Assembly (NCBI GenBank): GCA_000934665.2
Contig: KZ538734.1
Coordinates: 1 to 50,493, forward strand
Reading direction: 5' to 3'
Length of the DNA stretch: 50,493 bases
DNA from: Catajapyx aquilonaris
Lineage: Eukaryota
Shown here: piece after piece, positions 12,364 through 24,504 of the stretch
Position numbering within the stretch: the first letter of the stretch is position 1
How the letters are laid out: each line of letters begins with the position of its first letter
Notes under the pieces: model-generated
Seen by the model: the letters and a program-made list of their open reading frames with translations, nothing else
The model's database searches: none
Told to the model about the DNA's origin: nothing
Translations under genes and position numbers: made by a program

Positions 12364-12777
12364 TATTTGAGTTTAATAATAAGCAGCTTAGAGCCCAAAA
12401 ATTTCTAACCACTACAGACATTTCAGTTGGAATACTGGCTATTATAGTGTCATTATTATTAATAATCTGAATCAACCGTATGCTAGCTTGACCTCAAGGT
12501 AAATCGAATCAGTCGGCAAAAAAATTATAATGTAAGAAATATCATTATTCCTCGATTTATGCAAAAACACAAATCAGTCGACCTTCCATTACTCGGATTT
12601 GTTCTGGAAATCACTTCCGCCACAAATACACTCCATCTCATGCAGCACGCACGTGTTTCATGCATAATCTTACAGTAGCACGGAAAAAAGGAGAAATTCA
12701 TTTCTACTTTTCTTTGAAGATTATTAAGACTCTCAAGGACAATAATGTACAGTGACAATCTAAAAGTTACTGTCGTT

Positions 12778-12780
<3 letters not shown>

Positions 12781-12867
<87 letters not shown>
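12781..12867. repeat. (AAT)29 microsatellite
   Basis: Perfect trinucleotide run. It explains the poly-N and poly-L spurious ORFs. Confidence 0.98.
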
Positions 12868-13281
12868 TTGGGTAGTGCGAACCTCCTAACTGAGGTGGTA
12901 TTGCACGGACCTTTATTTTTCTTTTTAGGCCTGTGTAAAATGTGTACATAATAATATTGGAACCCCTTGGCCCTTCTTACGAATCGCCCAGGTCCGCGGG
13001 CAGGGTGACTGGAAGTTATACGGTGCAAGTGCAATATCTGTAATGGTGCATTTTGTGAACTCCCCCGGGTGAATTACTCCAGCGGAGATTCCACCCGAGA
13101 CGAAGCCAGAGACGACCCAACTCTGCACGAGCTGAGGGGGGGGGGGGGGGGNNNNNNNNNNAAACCAGGGGGGGGGGGGGGGGGGGGGGGGGGGAGAGAC
13201 CCCGGGCTGGGATAGAACCCGGTACCCTTCCATGTTCCATCCGTGGGTGCATACGTTACCGCGGCGCCACTCCGCTCCCCC
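12781..13281 (-). mobile_element. tRNA-derived SINE with an (ATT)n tail, in a dimm intron; contains an assembly gap (N, 13152-13161)
   Basis: The minus strand begins ggggagcggagTGGCGCCGCGGtaacgt (A box) ... GGTTCTATCCC (B box) and ends in (ATT)29. A degenerate target duplication is tctaaaagt(t)act(gt)cgt at ~12759-12776 and ~13284-13298. Confidence 0.7.
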
Positions 13282-14177
13282 ACTCTAAAAGTACTCGTAT
13301 AAAATACCGCCTTAGACTTTCAAATTCTAATTGGCTGAGAGAAATGTTTCAATGTTGGAGGAGTCTTTGGGTCACGGCCAGTTTAATATTTATACAAATT
13401 TCCTGGCGCATGTAATATGTACAGTAAAGGGCATGTGGTATTTTTGCATGAAGTGTCACTATTATGGATAATCGTAAAAATAAACACATTACTGCTCACT
13501 CAATGAAGCTGAAAATTATGTTTGCAAAATTTCATCATAAAAAATACATACACAAATAACCCGAGTTTCTTACATCATACATACAAGAGAGTGAAAGCAG
13601 AGCCGGTGTACCATTTGGCAGACGAAATATAAATCCGCATTTAAATTCATACTGTTCTCAGTGTCAACACTGAGTTCATGTTTCCATGATGCTTTGATTT
13701 TTCCCCCTCCCCTTTTCCTAGTTGTTTTTTTTCTTCCCCTTTCTTTGAAGAAGTTTCGAGCGAAGATTTCTCCTCTAGTCATCGCATTATTTACATTTCA
13801 CTGTTCCTGCGGAAGCGATTGTGCGCTCATGGATCAAGCAGTCTGTACGGCAGGTGGAAGTTATTTATTTTTCGCTCAGCTTTTCTATTCGGCCACAAAA
13901 ATGAATTTGAAGCCTGGCATACTCAAGAGTTCACAGGATGTGCTGAGGACATGCATGGTCACGACCTTGCGGAATGTCAATAGTATGTGGATATATTATA
14001 AATTAATATGGTATTTCCATTCATTATTATTAGTATTAAAATAATTATTTCATATATTTAATAATAAAATAACATTTTTGAAATTCACAAATTGTTGGTA
14101 CAACACTGACCACGCAACTCCTACTACAAACCACACATGCCACAAATGACAGAGAGACATGCAAACAAGAAGCTTAC

Positions 14178-14287
14178 CTATATAAGTCATCCTCCGGTTG
14201 CCAAGCGTACTGCTGACCAACGTCGGCCTCAGTTGACTCCACCATTTGGCTATTTTCTTCTGAAGGCGAGGTGGGACGGGACCTCAT
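14178..14287 (-). CDS. dimm: Probable first coding exon of dimm (whole exon 14178-14320)
   Basis: Strong acceptor ctctgtcttctctctccAG (14322-14321) and donor TAG|GTAAGC (14177). The frame is open across the exon. From ATG 14287 it reads MRSRPTSPSEENSQMVESTEADVGQQYAWQPEDDLY+AG, and this phase-2 end splices in frame to 11399. Confidence 0.65.
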
Positions 14288-17200
14288 CTCTGAAAGCACA
14301 ATCCGGCCATCATTATTATGCTGGAGAGAGAAGACAGAGTAACATATCTGCAGCGCGAGATATCGGCCTCAAATGAGCCTTTCTCCGACGGGCTTGGGAG
14401 CAACGGAGCCGTTATAAAAGGAAATAAGCGCTCGTATAAACGGCTCTTTGATGGCTAAAACAATGGACGTTTGGCTTTAAGGGAGGTTGGCCTGTGATTT
14501 CGCCTAATCCCTGTTTGATTAAGCTGTGAGGATCTGTACCGCACTTAACTCCGACACGACCACGCTGTATATTGCATTATAAGTGCACAAACTCCAGCCA
14601 TCACCGTGATAGTAGCTGTAAATGCGACAGAATTCAGGAAATGTGCACACAAAGTCAAATTGTTTGCAGTTCTTACGACGGAGTGAACATTCGCACTTTA
14701 TTTAAAGTGTAGCAGTGGAGGTGACCTGGTGACATAACTTATATCCTGTGATATGTACCTGTGAAGACTATAGTTATGCGCGAACTTTTATAGTAGTAGG
14801 CTGTTGCTCTAGTTTGAAACGGGTTCTGCCTAAAGGAATTAGTCTACAAAAGTAAAGTTACTAGAATAATGTAGGATAAAAACAGGTGTTGCATTCCAAT
14901 ACTTAAAGAATATTCAAGAATGACCGTTATATGCATGATTACTAGGAAATCATAATTATACCGTATTTTGTTGTCGTAGTTTTCTGGCAAGTATTGCTTG
15001 TTTCAAACTTTATCACAGCATGGCCGATTTCGTAGCAATTTTGGCAGGTTTGCGATAATATTTGACACATTACCAAGATTACTCTTGTTCTCAACAAAAT
15101 TGCTAACTTTTATACTCTGCTGACTAACTTCAAGCGAACATTTTTGCTTGCAGATTATCAGCAGACGACTGATTCGGAGTTAAACAACGAGACAATGAGA
15201 TAAAAAGGACGTTGTTATACTGTTTTTTATTGTTAGCCCAAATAAACAGACTTCCCGACTTAAGATCCCGACTGAGCAGAGTTGTACAGAGCAGTCACTT
15301 GTAACAAATTCGTGCTTTAGTTCAGTACATAAAAATGTCATTATGTCCCGGTTGCACCGATTATGGTAGATGATAATCCAAAGATTTAAAAGATGATATT
15401 CATTGTTGATTGTCGCAAACAAAGGGTAGTCTGATCTCTTTAGATCATTTATTCGGGCCTAAGTACAGGAAATGTCGCCAAAATAATATAACAATCAGTC
15501 GTGCTGTTCCTGACAATATACCGGCGTCGTAGTATGAAATAACATTGTAGATTTTCCTTTCTTTTTTAACAAGAAGGACTTTTACCTCTAGTTTGAAGGC
15601 AATAATTTTTTTTTCTTTCTCTATATGGCATCTATACAGATTATTTTACTTCTGATAACAAAATGGGGACTATTTCTGGCACATAATACGTACTTATAAT
15701 CAAATTAGACAAAACCCTGGCATATTTCAAAGTGCAACAACTTTAGACGACCTTGAAGTCCTTGAGTGGCTTACTAGAGGGCGGCGGAGAGAGAAGTTAA
15801 CCTGAGACCTCTACTTACAGATCCAGGCATCCCTGATCTGAAGTAGAGTACGCTCCATTCACAAAAGCCACTTGCTACAAGTTGTTTCCCACTTTGAAGG
15901 GCTTTGCACGGCAACTTTGATTACCTTCATGCATATTCTAATTAATAATGAAATTTCAGAGAGTCTTGAGGCAGGAACTGAATGTCCAAGGGCTGGGACC
16001 AAGCTATCCACATCCAAATCCGGTGAGCCCGAATAGTTCATACTGGCCTATAATGATGGCACGATGCGCTTAATTACCTACTGACTCTCTCAAAATAGAC
16101 CTAGACAGGCATGTAGGCTAATAGACCACCTGACCTAAGCCATCAAATCTCTGCAATATTGTTCCAGTCAGATATATATGCTCTGGCCGCAAGTGGATTT
16201 AGCTTCAAACGCAGGAGGCACTATCAGGCTATTTATAGTCTTGCATTGTCTGGATTATTTCTTGCTACGAAATTCACCCGAAGTAGTCCGGCAAATGACT
16301 AGTGCAAGAAACGCTGGAAACTGAAACATAACATTTAATAATTAATTATGCACTGAAGTGGTGCTGGTATATGTATGCTATATAGACTAAATGAAAAGAA
16401 TATCACAAAAATGGGCACATATTCGATGGGTAGGCTACTAATGACGATGAAAATATTATTACTTGCTGCTGCCACCAAGATTCACTTAGGTTATATGATT
16501 GATTGGCCTTCCGTTGGGACCTTTTATGGGTTGGTAACCTTTTATGGGTGAAATTCCAAATGACACCCATCATAATGCCTTGCCAGACTGTCACGGCCCA
16601 GTGGGCGTAAAAAATGAGGAAGAGGATCTGTACAGCATTTGGATTGGCGTCAGAAAATTGTTGGAAACGTTTGGGAAGTGTCTCCGACCTTTTAATCATC
16701 CCACCTTTTCGAAATATTGTAATAGGATTTAGGACCGATTTTTTCATGACATAAAAAGTACATTTCTGATTATATTGTACATTGTGACTACAGCATGCAT
16801 AATCCGCGATTTTATTGCAATTTGTATTGATACAAAACAGGGCCCAAATAAAAATATACAAGTGATGTCTAAAACCCAGTCACATGCACACAACTGTATA
16901 CCGGATTTTTGCTCATTACTATTTTATCACGTTTTCAGCAGCCAAATATGAACGTCAATACTTTCAGGCAACATCTCTTATTTTGTGAGAATTTTCAAAT
17001 ATATGGCTTTCAAATCTTAGGCAATTCAATGCTCTTAAGTGAAAATCAATGAATGACTTTAATATTATTGTACTGATATTAGTAACGAAAGTTCTGTAGC
17101 GGAAATTCAGAGTATTACCTGCAAGCATTCAAAATAATCGGTTGACATCTAATTTCGGTATGCTATCATATTGTCCATCACTCGCTGTATTATCGGTTGA

Positions 17201-19513
17201 CATGTACTGTAGCTTATTCATTTTTGCACTGAAAACTTCCACGCTGCACAATAGTGCACAGACACGCTTTATCCTTTGCAAGCAGTTTAAATGGCACGAA
17301 CATTGTTGCAGTTTTGATATAAGTTATTAAAGTTTTGCTATTTAGAGACACTACAAAAGTGAGGTAAAGTAATACAATGTAGACCATCATACAGTCTCCA
17401 TTAAGTTAGCCTACTCTGTGCAACTGCTAAAGCGCATTCAGACAAAGAGAGAGAAGGAAATATTATTGCAGGTAACAAAAGGAGTTGCAGTATTCTGGTG
17501 TAGGTTGTTAAGGCATGCGTGATAATTGCTAGAAGCACATCACCTTGATGAAACAAGAACTTGTTGTGCCGAGACTAATTTGTGTCAAAGAACAGTTGCT
17601 AAAGTAATAAATTGATAATGAATATGTAGGCCTACCATCCATTCAACTAGATAGGCAATCACCCACGAGTCTACTTAGGCCCTATTCAAGAAAAGGAATA
17701 ATACTGCAGAATGACGTAACAAATAATCCGCATAAGCTGATGCCCCGAGAACTGAAACCTGTTAATGATGGCAAAAAGTTATAAACCTGTAAGCTTATTA
17801 AGATAAGTCGCGCAGTCTTGAAACTTGAGTGTCATTCGCCTCTTCGTAGGCTACATAATCTTGTCATATATATAGATATGGCCAATATTACGATCATTAA
17901 TAAAAAGTTCTCCATCGACATCTTATTGTAAAACATAACATTCTTCTCCGGCATATTGTTATTATAATATTGTTGTTGTTGGCAATATTTCAGGATACGT
18001 GACATAGGGCCTACCATACTGATCTTTTTCAGAAAGTTGAAAGTCGGCCTAACTCTTAATAAAAAGGTACAGCTTTTTCTCCAGTATGAGGTAGAGTAGG
18101 CAACAGTGGTTTACAATGTATAGGTAATAACTTAAGAGTATTATGGCATAGAGAAAGCTTTGCCTTATGGACTCGTTAATACAAGAAGGTATGTCCAAGT
18201 CCCCTGGAGCCCGTGGGGAAATACGAATGCGGTTGCCGCCTTTGGGATGAAGAGACTTAGAAGCACAATTTCCACTTTGATGAAACCCTGCAAAATTGGC
18301 GTAATTGCGGCAGAGTGATGATAATCACCAAGATTAGAGCAAGGAAATGGTACACGGATAATTTGTGGGGCGCTCGTTTCGAGAGGGGCGAGGCCTCATT
18401 ACATCCGGTTACGCGTGTATCAAGTCCAAATTTTCAAATCGCTCCAAGTCGCATCAGCAAAACGCAATAATAAACTCCTGGCCTAAAATTCCAGGCGGCC
18501 CACTAATGTCATCAGGCCTTCCACTAATTACCGAATCTTGAGAGCCTGACGTCATATCCACCTCGATAAGCTCAAGCTTACAACTTTCTGGCGGTCTGGC
18601 AAACTATAGGTTTTATCGCGTTACAACCTTCTAAAAGATGAAAGCTGTTCCAATCGGCGGAGGTGTTAGAGGAGCGGTGAAATTTGCGATTTCCCCCATC
18701 ACTCAACCCTCTCATCTCCACCTCCACTCCCCAACCCTCTCTCTTGTTTGTCGATCGGCCGCAGCTTTTAATCACAAACCCCAGGTAAAGGAGGGCGGGT
18801 AGAGCTGGAAATAGGCACGAATTTGGAATGCAAATGTCTCTGAAAAGACAAGTGCGTCAGTTCTGGAATAGTTACCTAGAATCGGGTCTCAAAGTCCCCC
18901 ATCACCCTTGCCCGAAACTCTACTAATGAATAGCTGCCTCCATAATCGGACCCAATGAATAGTGTATTCGATGGGGTTGGATTTTTTGGCAGCACTTTCG
19001 TTTCAAAATGTGTACCGAAAATATGGAAACCTTATTCTGGGAGAATTCGATTTTTTTTTAAGAAAAGCACATCGCTGAACCCAGACCAAGCTGGCTTAGT
19101 CCGATAAAAATATCCAATCCAGTCCAAGACTCCACATGAATATAGTCTGAAACCTCTTTCGCTTCATGCAATAATTGCAAAACAGAACTCCATCGTCATC
19201 CGACTTTTATGGTATTTTTAAAGCCCTTTTGTTAACAGAGTTTGTGTTGTTATAGGCCTGCGGAAGTAAACGCCCGTGTGTATGCCGACCTGCCTAAAAT
19301 TATTCAGTGGCATGTGGATCAACCTATAAGTTTCTAGAGCACTTGAAATATTGTGCTTCGCGAGGAAACACAACATTACAGGGCGGTAGTATGTTTGTAT
19401 GTTTGAAGTTTCACAGTATGACGCCAAAAAACAAAGATTATACTGTATTATTATATTACACAATATGGGGTGGTGTAAAATGTGCTCATATCTTCTTGTA
19501 TCATACGCGTATA

Positions 19514-20103
19514 CAGGGTGTTTCAGAGTCACGGGTCAAGCGCGCGCGAGGGGGTGGGGAAAAATCGTAGGTAGCGAAAACCCCGGTCGGTTTTATAAAA
19601 CAATTAGAAATACGGCAGTAATCAATTTACGTACGGCGTGACGTCACATCCTTTCTGTATTCAAATTGACCCCCGCGGACTGGCAAATGCAAGGCAAATG
19701 CTTTCGGTTGAACCTGGTTGAACGGGTTTTTAGCATTGCGGGTTGCACTGAAAAAGGCGCTCTCCTGCTACACCGGCAGGGTACTGAACACACCACTGTG
19801 CAGTAGTACACTACGTTGTACAGTACCCTGCCGGTGTAGCATGAGAGCGCCTTTTTCAGTGCAACCCGCAAGGCTAAAAACCCGTTCAACAAGGTTCAAC
19901 CGAAAGCATTTGCCTTGCATTTGCCAGTCCGCGGGGGTCAATTCGAATACAGAAAGGATGTGACGTCACGCCGTAGGCCGTAATAAATAAATTGATTACT
20001 CCCGTATTTCTAATTGTTTTATAAAACCGACCGGGGTTGTCGCCACCTACGATTTTTCCCCACCCCCTCGCGCGCGCTTGACCCGTGACTCTGAAACACC
20101 CTG
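19514..20103. mobile_element. Almost fully palindromic Tc1/mariner-type MITE (590 bp)
   Basis: TA|CAGGGTGTTTCAGAGTCACGGGTCAAGCGCGCGCGAG... and the inverted copy ending ...GAAACACCCTG|TA. Arms are ~270 bp with few mismatches, which explains the mirror-image ORFs in the track. Confidence 0.93.
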
Positions 20104-20488
20104 TATACGTAGTTCCCTTGCAAAATTGCCACCCATGTAGCACCAGTGGCAGCGGTACAACGAATGGTAGTGGTGGCATAAGCAAGCACGAGGATCCATT
20201 TTATTAACTAAACTCAAATTTGAATTAATTTTGCATGGTGTGTGTTCAAGTCGCTATTCAAATATACGGAACACTACAGGGGTTATTCTTACCACCGCAC
20301 CGCACCGGCACAATTTTCGTTTAGCGAATCAGTATAGCTATACCGGTATTTACCTCTCCATCTGAAATCAATTATTTTGGATAAATTTTGGAATTATAAT
20401 ATTTTATCAAATAATTTCTGCCCCAGTTACCACATGTAGGCCTACACCCATTTTCCGTACCGTATGTTTTCGAAAGCTATATTTCGTA

Positions 20489-21224
20489 CTAGCTGCGATA
20501 CCCGGCGCTGCCCGGGAATAAATGAATGAAGGGATAACACAGTCTACCTGTAGCCAGCCCCGTAAAAATTTTCACGCACAGAGAGCCGCCATGACACTTT
20601 TAGGAAGGCCGGGTCCATGGTCATAGACTACTAAGGTCTGGACACTCCCACCTACCCCCTGCCGGGGCGTTTTGCAGGAGGTGCTCACCTGAGAGCGCCA
20701 TGAGACCTTTCACGGAGCATTTATGTGGCGACCCTACCGGACTACGCTGAACTTTATAGGTACAAAAGGGAAGCGCTACATTGGTGGACCCATGTTGGGC
20801 CCACATGTAGGGCTTCCCTTTTGTACCTATAAAGTTCAGCGTAGTCCGGCAGGCGATAAGATAAGAACATAGAGGTAGTGTCCGGGGGCTGGCCGGGTCG
20901 GAAGGACGGGAGAGGTTGGAGGTGCAGGAAGCGGACCACAGACGGAGGCGAATGAGATGGTTGGAGTGCCGGCCGGACGGACAGATAGACAGACAGACAT
21001 AATCATATCCGTCTTTATTGATAGATTAGGAAGGCAGGGAGAGGTTGGAGGTGTTGCAGATGGACCACAGATGGCAGAAAATGACGGTTGGAGTTATACA
21101 GGCGGGAGAGGTTGAAGGTGTTCCAGTATAGGTCCACAGATGGCATTGGGGGCGGACAGACAGACAGACAGACGGATGGAAAGACAGACAGACTCACATC
21201 TGTCTTTATTGATATAGATATAGA
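20489..21224 (-). mobile_element. Non-autonomous Helitron
   Basis: The minus strand starts A|TCTATATCTATATC with (TCTG)n microsatellites. It ends with the GC hairpin CCCGGgcagcgCCGGG (20501-20516) 8 nt before CTAG|T. Inserted between A and T, with no TSD. Confidence 0.82.
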
Positions 21225-21823
21225 TATCTTAACTGGTGCTGTGATTGTTATTGTTTGCTTATTTGGCTTCTAACATGTATAACACCAATAATGGCTCGTT
21301 AAAAAGTTGGAGAAACCAAACACAAGTCCCACTCTCTGCCACTGTACCAGTGATTTTACCTCTTTACTTGGCAGTGATTTTACCTTTTTACTTGGCAGGG
21401 AGAGGCAGCTTTGATTCCGAAAGGTTACCCAATAAGTTACCTGAACTTTATCAGAAGTATCCAAATACTCAGGCATATAGGGTTTCCAAGCCTCAGTTTC
21501 AAATAATCCCACTCTTCTAACAGAGTACAACATCTGAGTATAACTAGTTCACGTTTCCCCAAACCACTTCTGTGTAAAAGTAAGCCTTTTATTTAGCTCA
21601 TGTGACAAAATGATTATGCTACTCCGGAATGCAGTAAACCATAGTCCAGGTAAAAATATAATATTAATTTAAAAACTACGGTTGTGCTTGTCCTTCTTAT
21701 TCTACCTAAGGTATAATTCCAACTCATTTACGTACTGATATTCTTAGTTTAACTAGTTTTTGATGGTAGGTGCAAAACTCAATGCATGTCATTTCCCAAC
21801 GAACGAAAAAGATTTGTCACATA

Positions 21824-22768
21824 CAGGGGTTGGACAAAATAACGGGGCCCCCTTCAAAAAGCGGGTGCATTTTCTCCTCCATTGTACTCGAAAACTGGAA
21901 ACGTTGCAGAGATACCTTTTACTGATTTTTGAAGCTCTGTAGATGTCCATTTACAGGCATGAAGATGACACAAAAATCACAAGAGGAGGGGAGAAACAAA
22001 AGACGAACGCCCCCCCNCCCCCCCCCCGAGACCCCATTTTTGACCACAGTGTCCCACCCTTTTTATTTCAAAACTATAAAATAGTAAGACATGACCTTTA
22101 CTGGGTTTTGAATCTCTATCGGTGTCACTTTTGTGTGGTATAGAAATTGACCAAAATTACCGACAGGGGGCGGGGGAAAAAACAGAAATGACACCCCCCT
22201 TCCACGGCAGCACTGCTTGAATGCAAACTAACAAGTAACAACAGAAAATTTTCGTCCCACTGCTAGTTAATGCTAACTTAGCAGTACCAGTGCCAAATAT
22301 GGTATACGGGTAAGTCAGTAGTAACTAGCAGTGGGACGAAAATTCGACCCAAACTTACTATTACATTATTTTGTCCAACCTCTTCTCAGATTTAGTGCCG
22401 GGGAAGGGCGATACCGTTTCTGTTTTTTTCCCCGCTCCCTGTCGGCAATTTTTGTCAATTTCTGTACCACACAAGTGACATCGGTAGAGTCTTAAACCCC
22501 AGTAAAGTGCATGTCTGTAATTATTTTAGTTTTCAAATTAAAAGGGTGGGACACTGGTCAAAACTGGGGGTATGGGGGGTATCGTTCGGTTTTTGTTTAT
22601 CCCCTCCTCTTGTGATTTTTTTGTCATCTTCATGCCGGTAAATGGACATCGACAGAGCTTCAAAAATTAGTAAAAGCCATCTCTGCAACTCTTCCAGTTT
22701 TCGAGTAGGATGGAGGAGAAAATTCACCCCCTTTTTGCAAGGGGCCCCTTTATTTTGTCCAACCCCTG
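21824..22768. mobile_element. Long-TIR Tc1/mariner-type MITE (945 bp)
   Basis: TA|CAGGGGTTGGACAAAATAA.GGGGCCCC ... GGGGCCCCTTTATTTTGTCCAACCCCTG|TA. Diverged arms are ~370 bp. A separate 23-bp perfect inverted repeat sits in the spacer (22247-22269 / 22322-22344). Confidence 0.9.
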
Positions 22769-24265
22769 TATAGTGTATATGACTGATCGTTCTTCATTTA
22801 AGATGTTCATTAAATGATTTTCTATCAATATGCTACCTTGTTCTTGTCGCCAGTAATTACGGTTCCTAACTACCAAGAGGGTAGTTAGGAACCATAATTA
22901 TTGCCGACCACTCTATCTTGCTTTTGCATATATACAACAGTACACTGCAGCTTTTACACTCAGAAAACTTGGTACGGTACTAGCTAATACATCCACATTA
23001 CTTGAACTAGTTTTATATTAACGAAAGTGCCGCTGGCAAGTTTATGTAATGCGTGGTATCTTTAGGGGTTCGAAACGACACAGCAAATATTTCACGGCAC
23101 TGCTAATAACATGGTCACATCATTAGTCACGCGTCGCAATTAAAACTAGCTCTTGTCACAATCGATCTTGACACCCACTTGAACCGACTTTGAGCCACAT
23201 TTCGGGAGGCTCGCACCTTGTGTCTTTCGCAGGTAAGCAACTTGAGATGCACCATGCACCCCTGCTTTGATTGAGTATATGGGCTGGAGGCTGAACTTTT
23301 TTAAAAAAGAAAGTGAGTGAATGTATGGTGGGTAGGGGGGGGGGGGTTATTCCAATCTCGGCTAATCTGACATGCAATCTGGTCGAGAATCCTCAAAATT
23401 GGGATATAGGAAGCCACACGATTTCTTACCTCTGCTCAGTGTTCTTTATCCGCACACAAAAAATAGTATTTTTTTGACTTCGGTTTCCTTTTCTGCCCGG
23501 ACATGATTGGATCATTCTTTGACTGCCATGGGATATGCTGCAGATATGATTGCAATCCACATCTGCTCTGAAGAATATTGCGGGCCAATTCCATCGGATT
23601 CCTACAGAACCTCATAAATCAGAGCTGCCGCATTTTGAACTGTGCAGTCGGGTCCGACGAATTGAAGTGACTTTCAAAAAGTGCATTTTTAAACCGCCCA
23701 AAGCGTGTTACATGTTACCCACATTCCTTGGCGCCAAAGTATTTCATAGATTTTCGCTTAATTAAGCGGCGGAAAAAGGCTCCCGGCATCACAACCATAA
23801 AGTTTCATTCTTTCCGTCTCTTGCATTACGGAACAGAAGCCCGCGTAACAGTGGCAGTCGCGGTTTCCATTGTAATTAACGCGATACACCAGATTAGATT
23901 GGGCAAAATGTAAGACACGGCCTCTACCGCCTAGGGACGCATTCATGGAAATTTTGTCATAAAAGTTCCAGGAGTAATCAGTGCCGAAGTGATTTAACAG
24001 CATAAAGTCATAATGGGCTCCAGTAAAGTAGTGCCTATTATTGTAATACACACGTGACGTATATTCTTGCCTAATCGCAGCTTTACTGTTAGAAGTGAGT
24101 GTGGGAAGTGCGCATAACTGATTTGAATGGCGGACAGCAATACTGTATAGCCTATATCTAGTTTATCTACTATAGCACCAGGGGTTGTTCCCGACGGTAG
24201 GCTACATACTTAGTCGGAAGAGTACTGCCAATAATTAAATTTCTAGTTCTGTGATTTTGCAACGC

Positions 24266-24504
24266 ATATGAAGACCTCGTGGGAAGAGCGATCAAGGTCC
24301 ACCTCAGGTAAAACACTATTAAACACCACAAGGTTCCATTGTAAATCTCACTTTCGGGGCTTTCCAGTGACATATGATCATTACTCCACAACCACGACCA
24401 AACCATCATAATATTCTACACTAGCGAAAGTATTTTCTGAGATATGTAACTCATTTTTGGGAAAAAAATGGACCTTGATCGTTCTTCCCCAGAGGTCTTC
24501 ATAT
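24266..24504. repeat. Inverted repeat (~36-bp arms), probable MITE remnant
   Basis: atatgaagacctcgtgggaagagcgatcaaggtcca pairs with tggaccttgatcgttcttccccagaggtcttcatat. Confidence 0.6.

Noticed and set aside
12525..13283. Poly-Leu, poly-Asn and poly-Pro ORFs
   Set aside because: Translations of the (AAT)n microsatellite and of poly-G runs beside an assembly gap.
19644..19963. Near-identical 81-82 aa ORFs on opposite strands
   Set aside because: Artefact of the palindromic MITE.
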